This document shows, piece by piece, positions 38,416 through 51,790 of a stretch of DNA of 64,000 nt (positions are counted from its first letter, which is position 1; each line of letters begins with the position of its first letter). The stretch spans positions 1 through 64,000 of the forward strand of contig JAAILG010001354.1 of the NCBI GenBank assembly GCA_012026655.1, given 5' to 3'. The stretch is from Hydrolagus affinis (Eukaryota). The notes under the pieces were generated by a model. It made no database searches. It saw only the letters and a program-made list of their open reading frames with translations, and had not been told where the DNA came from. Position numbers and translations under genes: made by a program.

Positions 38416-39810
38416 CATTAATGTTAACAATATTTATTCCGCAAAAAACTAAATTTGGATTTCGATAGATAGAGACAAGAAAAGTTCCAAGATGAGGAAA
38501 TACTATTTGCAAAACTCTACTTTCTGCTTCTAGTAATATCCAGCATCAAATTCATTTTATATTGATTTCACAAAGCAAGGGACAACAAAATCCCAGCTCT
38601 AGGTCTCAATTTCAAATGACATAGCAGAACTGAATCACAGTTGCATCTGCGTTTCTGTGAGTGTGGTTTTAACGTTTTATTGCCACTATCATATCCTCGA
38701 TTATTAGCTTGTTTGCAATTCTGAATAAATGATGAACAGCACTGAATTATTGACATTGTGTTTGCCTACTTTAACCGTTATTGTGGCAGTTTATTGGGAC
38801 CAGGGAAAATGGTCAGAGACTTTTATCCTTTTATGCATCTGCACCTTAAATTTTAATGAAAGTGAGATAGGCAGTGCCAGTTTATGTAAAACATTTAAAA
38901 ACCGCAATGACTGAATCTCTCATTGTCTGATTCCGAACAATGATGCATCTATAATAAACCTTGTGAAAGCTAGGCTTTCGAATAAAAATTAACGAAGGGA
39001 GTTGTTTTGGTCAACTAAAGTAATATCTTTTAAAGCTGATTATTCTGCTGCCTGGAAACAGTATGTGTTGCTGTAACCCATGATTACAATCATAAAAAGC
39101 CATGGGTATTTGCAACTAAGCTTCGAACAGATATATTAAATTTAAGAAGCTCATCAAAGTTCTAGAAATACGTTCACATCGCTTCACTAATCCGCAAGCA
39201 CCTCACATTACATTTTCACACATTTCTTTAAGTTTCACAAAAGTTCACAAAGCATTTAGTGCATCTCTTAAAAGGAAGGCTTTTAAAAAATATATACATA
39301 AATACAGCAGCAGGCAAACCATGTGGAATCCATTGGGCAGCTTAGAAACATGTGTGGCTGCAACTCACACACACTGTTAGGCAAACTATAGTTCCTCCAT
39401 TTTTTCTACCATTACTTTCTGATGTTTTAACATTGGATTCTGCCAGACCGATTGTTCACCATTGAAATGTGTGCCATGACACTATTTTGACGGCAATAGC
39501 TAAATTGAACAAAACCCTTCAATACGATCAGGCTCTTTTCACATGCAAGCCCAGAGCAGGCTTGCATGTGAAAACAACAATTTCATTCAATTTTCCTCCC
39601 AACTCCCCCGCTTAAAAAAAGAAAAACAGAATGTACTACAGATTATAAATATTATTATTGCATCAGACAACTGATACAACCTCTCTTCAAGGTCATAAAA
39701 CAGCTGAAAACATTTGTATTTCCAAAACAGATCAAGGATTTTAAGCTTGTATGTTAGCCTCTAGAGTTGGGACACCAAAGAAGGCCATTTTATTTATTTT
39801 TTGTCTACTA

Positions 39811-40352
39811 AACAACAACAACAAAATTACATTTGTATAGCACCTTTCACATCGGGAGGATGTCCCAAGGTGCTGGTCAGACAGTATTTTGGACCTGAGC
39901 TGTGGGGGGGTGGAAGAGGGGGATTGGGAAGGGTGGACGTCAGAGGTGGGTCCAAAAGCATGATCGAAGAGAAAGGTTGGTTTTCAGGCAGGACTTGAGA
40001 AATGGGAGAGAGGGGACAAGGTGGAGGGATTGAGGGACAGTGTTCCAGAGTTTTGGGGTGTAGTGGTTGAAAGCACGGCCTCCGATGGTGCGATGGAGAT
40101 TGTGAGGAACAAGCAGGAGGCCAGTGCCAATTGAGCAGAGTTCTGAATGAGCGGGTGATGGATTTTTGGAATGAGGAGGTTGGAGAGGTAGAGTGGTGCC
40201 AGAGAGTAAAAGGATTTGAACATGAGTATGAGGATCTTGAGGTTGATCAGTTCGGTGATCGGGGGACAGTGAAGCCCGGCCAGAACTGGTGAGATGTTGG
40301 TACGGAGTTTGGACTGGATCAGTATGCAGGAGGCAGAGTTCTGAATGAGCTG
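39811..40352 (-). mobile_element. L2 LINE 3' portion (ORF2 C-terminus plus tail)
   Basis: QLIQNSASCIL...NISPVLAGLHCPPITELINLKILILMFKSFYSLAPLYLSNLL matches the L2 motif LQ..QN.AAR...HITP.L..LHWLP...RI.FK; (CAA)n tail. Confidence 0.92.
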
Positions 40353-41055
40353 TTTTTTTTCAATAACATTCAACTTGAAACGAAAGACAAGGGAACTGAA
40401 TATTCGATTTCACTGCGTAAACATTACTGTACATTTCATATTATTGTATTCCAGCTATTGTTCCCACCAAATGAGGACTTCAGTCCTTACCCAACATAAT
40501 GCACATCCCTTCCTGTCAATCCCAACCTTTTTTTCTTATGGAGAAAGGTTGTATGAATTTTAAACAATTTTTGTTACGCAGTTCACAGCCTCATCCTTCC
40601 TCATATCTAATCAGACATGTGAGGAAGCATGAGACTATGAGATGCACAACTAAATTATTTTATCTTTGGGGCGGGCATAGGGGCAGCAAACTCCACCACA
40701 ACTCTGTCACTTTGATAGTGAGATGCGACCGTGCTGAGAAGTTCCAGTCTTTCCGCTTAGAAGCCTGGCTGTGAACTACTTTAACTCGTCACATTGGTTT
40801 ATGGGATTGCAATGTTCTCAGTGATCAGTGGAGTATGAATGCGCAACACAACAGTGAGCAATGAACTTCAGCTGGCCATCCAACATACATTTCAGTGCAG
40901 TAGTGTCATACACATACTGACTGAAATACGTAACCATTTAGGGAGTTTGATCTGCCCTCCCGAAGAGGAAGTGGAGATAATGGAATATGGAGCTAGTTTG
41001 AGCATTGGTCACCAGGGCTCAGGCTAGACTTGCTCAGGTGGAGAGGCAATCCAGT

Positions 41056-41210
41056 CAACAACAAGCATTTATAGAGTGCCCTTCATGCAGGCTAGCGGCC
41101 TGGAACGCTTGGCAATGATGGGGTCTGACATTACGCCAGGAAGGGGAGGTAGGAGTTGACCGTAAGCATGATCAAAAAAGAAGTTCCTTAGGTGGAATTT
41201 GAAGGTGGGG
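41056..41210 (-). mobile_element. L2 3' fragment
   Basis: caacaacaagcatttatagagtgcccttcatg...gaccgtaagcatgatcaaaaaagaag. Confidence 0.6.
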
Positions 41211-42800
41211 TTTGAAGCACTTGACTCACTCAGATGGTCATGAAGACAGGTATCAGGTCTGCATCAGCCTTTGACAATTTGGGATCTAGAGAGTTTGGTG
41301 GGGTGGGGGGAAAGGGGAAGGTTGTCTTTGGGGACAACTCTTGTTCCCTTGAGGAATGCATTTCGGTCAAATTGGGTTTAAAGGGGTGATTGGGGTCCAA
41401 CCTTACACCCCAATAAAAAAAAACATTTGAAGCCTATTTTAAAAATAGCTCAGCCATTTAGGAGTTTTCTACAGCATAGGTCAATATTTGCAAAGGTCGA
41501 CAATTTACTAAATGGTAACATTTCAGGTTTACTTTCAGAACATTTATTTTTCAGAAATTCTGATTAAACTTCAAAAGTAAAAATTTACACATATGTATGA
41601 TATTTAAAATAGCATTTTGCATTATCCAGGAAAAATGACATCCATTTCTCAGCAAACATTTACAAGTAGATGCTGAATGACTCATAGCAATTTAAACTGC
41701 GCACTATAAAATTTGAACAGACCTTGCCAATACAGATTGATTGCATGGAAACTTTTTCGCTCTAATGTTATCTGTCATAAATTTGTAATTAGAGTTGATA
41801 GTAATAGGTTGCTATTAAAATGCAGACAATAACTCCCACCTGAGAGCTAAACCGTCTTTTCTGTTATATTTCTACGAAACAGCCCTGTTTTTCATCACAT
41901 AAACATTTTGAAAATAATAGTCTTCAAAATCAGAATGCTGATTATTTTTAAAGAGACATAAAGACATAACACTGTCAAAGTATACATTTGAATTGGTCTA
42001 TTACTATTTGCCTTTTGGCTCATCTACACAACTGGTAACTGGACTCTCATTGTGGGAGCATGAGTTGAAGTCCAGAACACTTGCTTGCTCAAACCCCGCT
42101 AATCTCTGCGGGCATGTTTTGCTGATTCTCGGATGAACGATTGGACGGAGCTTCTCTTCATGCAGAGCGCCTCCATCTCAGGTGCTGAAACCTAATCTTC
42201 CCCAGCAATAAGACTCTCCTGCTGGCTAAGACAGAGAGGCATTGTCTGTGGTCCTCAATCTAGACTGTCCCACCCTCTTGACTGAAGGAAGGCATGAATG
42301 TGGTGCCTACTTTACAGCAAGAAGGGGAATGCGACCAGTGATAACAATATTTTATTTTACTTTGTACTGTGCGTTTTTCAAAAGCTAAAACATCCTGTTA
42401 TTCAATCCCATGGAATTTAGTTCTGGCAACTTAATAACAATAGAGGTCAATTTCATTAAGTGGAAGCCATGTAATTCTGCACTTAAATGTACTGTATAAC
42501 TTCACTTTGTAAAAAGAGTTGTAAAAGACAGCAATTTCCCAGGGCTATTTCAAGGGTACCAGCTGTACTTCTTACAGTAACTATGTTTTTCAAAAAGTTT
42601 CAAAAGTGTTCATTGTATTGCAGAGTGTGTTAAAAACATTTTGATTGGAATTACAGACAGAGACAAGGTCCAGTGTGAACTAAGGACATTTGTCCCTCTG
42701 GCTTCCTCCAGATAGAAATTTTACATCTTGACCAAGACATTAGATAAAACAGACACTCAGAGGTGCCCGACTGGATGCAGTATAAAAAAGGCAAACACTT

Positions 42801-43082
42801 GGATGTATTCGCCTTATAAGCGAGAGATCTGGGTTCGATTCCCGGCAGGCAGGGTGAAACCTTGGGTATGTTTCCTTACTCCACACGCCTAATAACAATC
42901 CCTTAAAAAAAATTAGTCATTTCAATCCACTACTGTTTGTGGGTCACTGCTGTGTGCAATTGGCTGATGCGTTTCATCCACAAATATACGATCAATTGAC
43001 TCTACAGTATCTTCTATGAAGCGCTTTGAGATGTCTAAAAGATGTGAAAATCGCTATATCAAATGCAAGGATTATTATTATA
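42801..43082 (+). mobile_element. tRNA-derived SINE, A box missing
   Basis: ttcgccttataagcgagagatctgggttcgattcccggc...tttccttactccacacgcct...gcaaggattattatta; aligns to 2270-2576. Confidence 0.9.
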
Positions 43083-43261
43083 CAGTATTATCAAAGAATC
43101 CCAACAGCAGGGCGATGTTTGAACTTTTGTGCATGTAGCAGATTCTAGGGCACACAGTCTAATTGGATAAATGCGTCTTCCCTCTTCTAGTTTTGGTTGG
43201 GTATGCTGGTGAACAGGTCAGTGAACACCACAGTGTAGCCCTCCAGGGGTTTAATGTTTCA

Positions 43262-43533
43262 GCTGTCCCTCAGATAAGATGTTAAAGACCTAATGCTATC
43301 AGCCTGTTCTAGTTGGTGTTGACGATTTGGACCCTGTTTTGAAAAAGAGCAGTGTCTATTCTCAGTGTCCTGACCAATCCAACTCCACATCTCCCCACCA
43401 CCACCAAAAAAAAATTCACCACAAAATAAATAAATTCCCCTTGCTGCTGAGGGGCATTGCTAGTGTAGGATACACTTCAAGGTAGCTCATTCTGCAAAGC
43501 GCTTTCCGATGTTTAAGGTTTGCTATCAAATGG
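43262..43533 (+). mobile_element. Deu-domain SINE, degraded
   Basis: gctgtccctcagataagatgttaaa...ttttgaaaaagagcag...gtgtcctgaccaa. Confidence 0.65.
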
Positions 43534-43544
43534 ATGATATTTCT

Positions 43545-43760
43545 ATGCACGTGCATGGGCAACTGAAGGCTTTTCAACCTCATGGCGACACCACAGCTGG
43601 AGTGTCCAGTTCTCTAACACAGACTCACACGCACCAAAAAGGGCAAAGGGACCAATAAAGTAAAATGAAGCCAAGGGGACTGATTGTAGTATTCCCACTG
43701 CTGACCCAGTGAACGCAAGGTAAAAAGTACCTTCTATGGCACCTTGTAAGGCTCAGAACA
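43545..43760 (-). mobile_element. Probable degraded copy of the SINE family at 28995
   Basis: aggcttttcaacc...ccacagctggag...ctcacacgcac loosely matches the reverse complement of 29160-29260. Confidence 0.35.
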
Positions 43761-46179
43761 TTTCTTTGGAAGTAAAATAAGAACAAAAAAAATGAAAACA
43801 TGAAAGTATTATCTGTGCTTTTAATTAGGTTTATAATTATTGGTTAACATATACAAGTGAACATACATAGCAGGTTATAAATTTGAAATTTAAAAAAACC
43901 AGTTAATTGGAAAAATCACACCGGGTTGCTGCTGTGAAACCATTAACATTCATATTTATATGAAATGGGCCACTTAGTTCATTTTAAAATCAACATTTGA
44001 CAAAAAGGCTATGAAACAAATCTATTGCAAGTTTGTGCAGCACATCTGAGTGATAGACAGCAGATACCTCTAGACACGAAGGGAGGTTTATGAATCCTGG
44101 ATATCTCACTTTAATTTAACTCTTGTCTTCTTTTTCAAGGTCTGTAGAAGTATCAACATTTGTGGTATTATGTCAATGCTAACAAACCCACCTCTAATTC
44201 AGACTAATTCATTAGTCAAACCCACCACTGTCTAATTCCATTTATGTGCAAGTTTCTTTTTTAAAAATCATTTGAGTCTTTAAAACTGTTTCCTTCAATG
44301 GTATTCTAATCCACCAAAAAAATGTTAAATGTTATGTGGGAATAAAAAGATCAATGTGTTTTTTTTTAAAATGGTCTCTATTTGTATGGAACTCAAATTA
44401 TATAAACAATCTGTAAATTGGAATCTAACTGAAAATCCTTAATAAGAAGGAATTTCACTCAAAATGATTGTATTGAAGTGAAGTTTCGTCAGGTCAGTAT
44501 AGCCTACGTCCAGTTCCAGGAAGGAGTTCCCTATCTGTGGAACATATTAAGGAATCCTACAAAATGGACAAATTTTAACAGAAATGCTGGAAGTGTAGCA
44601 GCAAATTGAATGACTGGCAAACCTACAACTGAAAATATAGCATTGTATGATGAAAGTATTGCCCATTAAATGTTTCTGGATTACAAATATACAACTTCAA
44701 ACTGATGAATTTTACTTGGGAGGTTCACACCACAGATGATCACTGGAACTTTTTCGTACAACCAGATAGTGGCAAGACACCCAAAATACAGCAAGATTTA
44801 CAGCAATCATTCCATGAATGCCACAGCCGCAGGGTAAGACAACACGGACAGTGAAAATATTTTCAGAAATACCTCTAGTCAATCTGAAGCAAACAAGTTA
44901 TTGGAACTTATCGGAAAACAGAGCAATGTAACCAAGAACTACCACAAAATACAACTAGCTTTCAGCAATAATATTATTCAACTGCAGCAAAACCCACGTA
45001 TTACTAATAAAAAAAAAGCATTGCGCAACTCACATAGCACAAGAATCATACTGAAGGTTTGAAGTAGTCATGAATGGAGATGTGCATAGTGTTCACAATG
45101 ACAACAGAAGCAAAATTGCTCAAGAGAAAGACTCTCTCTGACTATTTATCTATAGTGCAATACCTTCAGATGAACATAGTTCTCAGAACATTTTTCCTCT
45201 CTGTTTAAAATAAATGACATGATGAAGATTGGGGCTGCAACAGTGCACTCCATTTTACAAAGCTCTGACAGACACCTCTGATCTCACAATTACTAATACA
45301 CACTCAGTTTACAGAAACCAATTAAATGAAACAAAAAAACAATAAAATGAATCGAGAGAGGGACACAAACAAACATTGCGGAAAATAGTAGAAACAAAAG
45401 AATAGACAAACAGCATCAAATGAGGCAATTTGAATATCATAATCCACCAGCAATTATTAATATCATGTTAAAGACTTTGCTATACTTTGGCACATGAGCT
45501 ACTGCAGAATAATGGAGCCTAAAAATGAAAAGACGAGTCTTTAAACACAGGTTATAGAATATCTCGAGTACACAATCAAATGGCAGAAGAAACTCAGAAG
45601 CAGCTAAAATCCAAAAGACATACATGCAATTGAACCACACCTATTTGCAATGGTAAATATAATTAGAATTACAGTAAATAGTGTGCACAAAAATATATAA
45701 CATTGCACAACTAAATAACAGTATCTATTCCCCTTCTACTCTATTTCAGTATTGAAAGCCCAGTCTTCTAAACCTGGGTAATACTCATATAAGACACAAT
45801 TTATGGAGCGAAGAGAATCTTTAACCTAATGAAAATAATGATAACCGACTCTGGAATACAAATCAACAAGAAAATAACAACCTGCTCTGTCTGCAGACAC
45901 TTCACAACAAAAACTAAATTACAATGAAATCCCCACAGACGAAATTAAATAGATTAGTGGACACAAAAATCTACACTGCGTAAATTCATACACCAAAGAA
46001 TAAGTGACATCCAGATAAAGTAAAGCTCAGATGTGCTGGGATACCAGGCTCCAGTATGCTGAAAATAAAAAATATCTCAAAACAAAAAAAAAAGATTCCA
46101 ATGAAAATACTATTAGTTTTCTGAATAGTACAATTGCTGATGGAACATTCGATTTAATCATCCACTCAACAAAACAATT

Positions 46180-46390
46180 TGTCACACATATTACACATAC
46201 ACTCAAACACACACAAACAATTACACATGCACACACACTCAATTCTACACACACACACACAATTCCTTGCACGCACACATACATTAACTTACATATAAAC
46301 ACACAATCCCACAATATACATACACACAATATTGACTGTACATAATGCACACATACTGGCACAATTACACACAAATGCATCACACACATC
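46180..46390. repeat. Degenerate (CA)/(TA)-rich low-complexity tract
   Basis: Directly visible. Confidence 0.85.
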
Positions 46391-46391
46391 T

Positions 46392-46477
46392 GTTGCGCCC
46401 ACAAAATGTCAATTCATTTCACAGTATATCGTGTGAAGCACTTTGAGACGTCTCGAAAATGGGAGAAGTGCTAAATC
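46392..46477 (+). mobile_element. SINE 3' fragment
   Basis: gcccacaaaatgtcaattcatttcacagtatatcgtgtgaagcactttgagacgtc. Confidence 0.75.
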
Positions 46478-48846
46478 ATAGGCAATGATTACATGCACGA
46501 CTTAGGACAAGACATTTAATGTATAATGTGTATAACAGCCACACATTCTGGATTTCTACTTTTGAGCAAAGACAAAAAATTATACTTGATTTTTTTTTTC
46601 TCTGGTTAAACATAATGGAAACCAAAAACAGAAGAAATTTTTTTTTATTTAAGACTCTAAAACAGTTCTGATCCTTCCTTGCTTTAACATATTTCAATAA
46701 AGATATTTGGAAATCTAAACATCTCCTTAAAAATATCAACTCACAAAATGGTGCCACCTGGATTTTTCATGAGCTTTGATCCTGAATGTAGATACACTTT
46801 AAACGTACCACTTCTCAAGCAATGAATACACGTGAAAATGGCAAAAAAGTGAATAAAATAATTCCAAAAGCTATTAAAATGGGTTTTAATGTCTATTGAA
46901 TAAATAGAAAGCAGGTTGTGAACCAGCGGTTTACTGGAAAACAAACAACTTGTGTCCGAGGCAACATCAGTTAATCGCACCTGCAGTGCAGCGCTGTGCA
47001 GTCAACTTCACTCTGTGATTTATTTCTCCTTCTGACATGAGCTTCTGACATGCATCCTCTATATCAGACAGTGACAGCACCTGCCGCATCCTTGTGTGCT
47101 TTGGAACAAGATTACACTGCTATCTGAAATTTTTTTTTAAAATCCTGGTTCTGTTCCTAAATATTTACGGAGAACATTTCCCTGGTCATGTACAGATGTT
47201 TTTAAGAGACTTGTAAATTGAGAAGTTAATATTTGTACAAAATAATAGGTTTGCCCCAAAACTTTGAGGACTTTTGTGTTGGCTAATTTCAAGCGACAAA
47301 GTTGGCATGTATAAACAGGACTGGGAATTCACCTGCCTTTAGTCCTACTTTCAGGATTCTTACCCCCTTGGAAAGTGCAGTTCAAATGTTCCAGGAAAAA
47401 AGTGGAAGAAGGCCACCTTTGCTTGTTGAGACCTTGTTAGGGGCCAAAAACTCTTGCAGCATTGCACAGCTGAGAAGGCTTATTGTAAAGTGAATATTTA
47501 ACTCCAGGTCAGAGCTGGAGTTATTGAACTTAATGAAGGGGGAGAATTTAAGACATCTCCACAGTAGTGACAGAGAGAATACACTGCTGGTAGCAGATCC
47601 TCAGTATGGTAGTATCATAGCGAAGAAGAAGGCAGCCTTCAAACTCAGGAGCAAATATGGAACATAACCGCCAGTGGCTACAACCCCTTGGTTATGGGTA
47701 CAAATACTTGTGATTTGTCAAGTGTAACAAGTAGAGTCTCCATATCTAGTTGAGAGCTTCAGGTTGATGGTGGGGTGTGTTACAGGGCTGTGTACATGAT
47801 TCACCAAGGCTATATTACTAACGTAATTACAGAAGGCAGAGATAGACAGAAGACAGAAGATCTCCAGTCCTCTCCCCAATTGTGTTACGAGGGACCTCTC
47901 AGGCACCCACAGGGGGCCATGGCAGAAGTAGCTAGACTGTCGTATCTTGCAACATTAAGGAGTTACTCAGAGCAAAGTGCCATACTATAGCACCAGCAAC
48001 AGAGCAGTCATTCCTAACATGGAGATAAGCGTGAACTCTGTAACAGGGCATCAATATTCTCAATTACACATATTTACAGTCTCATGCTTACATGCTCTAT
48101 GCAGGAAGTGCATCTGAAGTGACTGTACATATGATGCACACATCAGTGCCGCACTATGTGTACAGACGTCGGTAGCAACTGAATGCCCCAGTGATTAGCC
48201 TGCTTTTTATGCCTTGCTTATATAACGCGATCGGTGAGACACTGGATCCAGCCAACCATGCGATAACAAGGTTTCTCTAGATTCGGAGCTTGGGAGAAAC
48301 AAGAAAAGGAAGATCAGAGGAACAAAGAAAGACAATGATATCAATAAAATAGAGATAAATAGCACAGGCTGTAATGAAGCAAGAGGATGGGCGGCAAAGA
48401 TCAGGGAAGGATCAACAATCAAGACTGCGAGACATTTCTTCCATCCTGTTCAGAATGACAAAATACCATTTAACTGGCTTGGTGGTTGCTTTGTTCGCCT
48501 GAACTGCATTTAATTGTAGGTATATTGGCTGCTATCTTGTTAACGCTAACCAAATTCCATTTTTCACACAACAGGATTTAGAAATTCCAGGAACCAAGAC
48601 AAGCTCATCACAAATTTTATTGAAACAATTGAAAAAACATACTGCTGGTTTCTAAGAAAAAAGGAATGTTGTCTCCCAAATTTGACTGAGGTTCTAACCC
48701 AGCTGACACTGGGTTAGAATGTTTAAATAAAGCTAGCACCTTCTTCTCTGTATAGATCTGTGGCATGTGCTTTCTGATACCATCATATTTATAGAATGTA
48801 ATATCAGTTTCCTCTGAAGCCAGCAGACCAATTACAATACAAATGT

Positions 48847-49124
48847 GGAGTCCTGCATCTTAATGGTTAGAGTACTCGCCTCACAAGCCAGCATTGTTTG
48901 GCTGATTAGTTTTTTTTGCAGAGGTGATAATCCCTTCTAAATAAGTAAATAATAATAATTTGGTTACTCAATCCACAACTGTTTGTGGGACACTAATGTG
49001 CACAATTGGCTGCCGGGTTTTTCCCACAAAACATAGTCAATTCACTTTACAGTATATTCTGTGAAGCACTTTGAGACATCTAGAAGATGCGATAAGGCAC
49101 TATATCAAATGCAAGGATTATTAT
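48847..49124 (+). mobile_element. tRNA-derived SINE with the B-box region deleted or replaced
   Basis: The head ggagtcctgcatcttaatggttagagtactcgcctcacaagc is followed by unrelated sequence, then by the standard 3' half and tail. Confidence 0.85.
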
Positions 49125-49479
49125 TTTTATAATACTGAGAACACAATAAGTCAGTGAAGCTTAGCGTACCATTTCACAACGCAAATTTAGTTTTTACATC
49201 GATCCTAATTTTTTAAATAAGTATGTGTAATATCAATTGTGTTATAATTAGGCCCAATATAGATTTTATAATCTCTGCAGTTCAAGGTTGCAGATATATT
49301 AATATTGCAAGCAGAAGAGTTAAAAATATTTTTCCAGAAAACATTTCTTTCAAAAAGCTTTTGGAATAGGGAGAAATGATGCAGAGCTCAAAGCAACACT
49401 AATGCAGTGGAGCTGTGAATCCGATCCCAAGTTGTCAATAGGTGATTTACATTTTTAATAGCATTCAAGCAATATTTTA

Positions 49480-50060
49480 AGGAACTGGCAACGTGCCTAG
49501 TGCTGTTAACGTTTACTGAGAAAATGCACACTGCTCATAATAATGAGAACAGTGACAGGAGTGGAACCGCAAACACTCAAAAAAACAAAACAAAAGGAGC
49601 TGCGTTTTCTGATCAAACTTTACTATTTATACTCTTATTCTCTTCCGTACCTTCACAAAAAAGGGGTTTGTTTCTGTCAGTGAGTTTCGATTGACAGAAT
49701 GCCAGCTATTCCTAAAAAAACAAAAGCAGCGCCTTCAAAAAAAACTGCTCCGCAAATTAAATCTATTTCCCGCACGCTTATTGATAAATATGGTAACCAC
49801 AGAGAGAAAAGAGAAAAAAAATGAACTGAACTATAATTTTTCACAAATGGCGAAAATGGTGATTGACAGCACAGGCCACGCATGCATAATGCATCTTATC
49901 CACTTTTGCAGATTGCCTTGTTACCAGTAATGGGAATAGTCTGTCATAAACCATTTTTGAAGCTGAAGTAAGAATTCTGTCAGACAATAAAACAGTAGAG
50001 TAACCTTGACACCAAATATCTCGGCACAATCATTAGTATCTTTTGGAATTTTCTGGCCAG
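49480..50060. promoter_or_regulatory. Candidate conserved enhancer (PBX/MEIS/HOX sites)
   Basis: TGATTGACAG at 49860, CGATTGACAG at 49688, CTGTCATAAA at 49941; retains CpGs; repeat-free. Confidence 0.45.
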
Positions 50061-50774
50061 CAAAAGGTAAATATTCCTTGGCGATCGGTTAAGATACAAT
50101 TAATCTATTGCATAATACAATTTTAAAACAGGTGACATCTCTGTGGTGTAAATCACAGTGTCGCAACCCACAAATCGCAGCCGTGCACTTCAGATGAGAC
50201 AACATCTCATTTCATCAAGTGCCCTTTTATTTGGGCCAATGGGTATGTATGCTGGGCAACTCCATTCGCAACCAAAATGCTTTGTTTTGCTCTCTCGATA
50301 ATCAGCTTATTTGTTATTTTGCTGCATTTCAGTCCTCCAGACAGTTATCTATAAATGTGCCCTTTAATACTCAATAGGCTGGTATAATCACCTTGTGCAT
50401 GGGTGAAACTCCTGTTTTTGCTGCATTTATTTTAAACAGGTGACTGCAGGTATAATAATTGAGTCATTATAGTTCAGCATTGTTAGTTCACGATTTACTG
50501 ATACGATGTAGTTCCCATAAGAAAGGAGTCCAACCACTAAGCATCATTTACAAAAAAAGTTGCAAAGAATTACAACCATCTTAAGAACCCCTGTGATTTT
50601 TTTTCCCCCCGTGGATTTTTTTTGCATGATTCTGTTTAAGCTGAGGCTATTAATGGGAAAACTGCAGTAAAAAAAATTATTACCGAGCTCACATTATGAG
50701 GGCTTTAATTCATGTCAGTGATACATGATGCTGTGATAGTTTGTTGTTTTGCATTCCAAATTTTATCCAGTGTC

Positions 50775-51116
50775 AGTCTGGCTCAGTTGATAGTATTCTT
50801 GTCTCTGAGTCAGACTGTTGTGAGTACAAGCCTATATAGTCTTGGCTGACACCCAATGCAGTGCTGCAGGTGTGCTGCATTATTGGAGGTGCTGTCCCTC
50901 AGATGAGACATTAAACTAAGGTCCCCTCTACCTATTCAGGTGTATGTTAGCAATCCCATGACACTATTCAAAAAGAGAAAGGAGAACAGGCCAACAAGCT
51001 CCAAAATAAAATTGGTCATTGACATCATGGCTATTTGTGGGACACTATGTGAGTAAATTCTGTGAAATCCTTTGTTACGTCCTCTCAAGGTGAAAGGCGC
51101 TACATCAAGTACAAGA
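50775..51116 (+). mobile_element. Near full-length Deu-domain SINE (SacSINE1/AmnSINE1 superfamily)
   Basis: tRNA head tggctcagttgatag; Deu core gtgctgcattattggaggtgctgtccctcagatgagacattaaactaaggtccc...atcccatgacactatt; L2-like tail gtgaaaggcgctacat. Confidence 0.85.
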
Positions 51117-51790
51117 CGTATTTCTTCTTCATTAACTGTATTGACGACCACAACCAAGTTTTTGGACTGATCTTGCCTGAGCTTAACTATTTACATTCAT
51201 ACAGAGCATTAATTTATGTCGCTAAATACTTCAGAAACTCTCGGGCCCAGTTCCAAGGCAATGTACTTAATCCAATCTGAAACTTCATTCCACAAAGTGT
51301 CATATAGAGAAGGAATGCACCTGCAGTACCTCTAAAATACACAACAGGTGCTTTGAACGCCAGGCATTCCAGTTACAATTCTAATATTAAAGGGGAAAAG
51401 AGAGCCATGACTCAGCAAATGTTTTCACTAATTACCCCGATAAGATTCCAACGTCTTCTCTCTCATGCCAGCAAAATTAACAACATACATACATCCGGTG
51501 TGCCCCAATGTAAAAATAATTTCTGGATTCAAAAAGATTTTCCTGAACTACAATGGGCAGGACTGCCACTCGCCTGTCCACTCACAGACTGCCAGCTTTG
51601 ACAGACGAGAAGTTTCTGCAAGTGCTGATAGATTTAGGATGAAAAGATAATTGAAAAAAAAGGCAAAAGACAAACGTCAATCAGCAAATGTTCACTCTTG
51701 GTTTTGTCCTGGAATTGCAGAATTCGACAGATAATGAGCACGGAAATAAATATATGGCAAATAGTCTGTGAGTAATAGATACGAAAGAAG

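Noticed and set aside
38374-38430. 19-aa N-terminal extension (MLTLMLFSFF...) in the 754-aa ORF
   Set aside because: It is translation of the intronic pyrimidine tract from a TTG; the real start is MEEAS at 38373.
39984-40373. 129-aa ORF
   Set aside because: Remnant of L2 ORF2, not a host gene.
46027-46404. Cys/Val-rich and His/Thr-rich ORFs
   Set aside because: Translation of a degenerate CA repeat.
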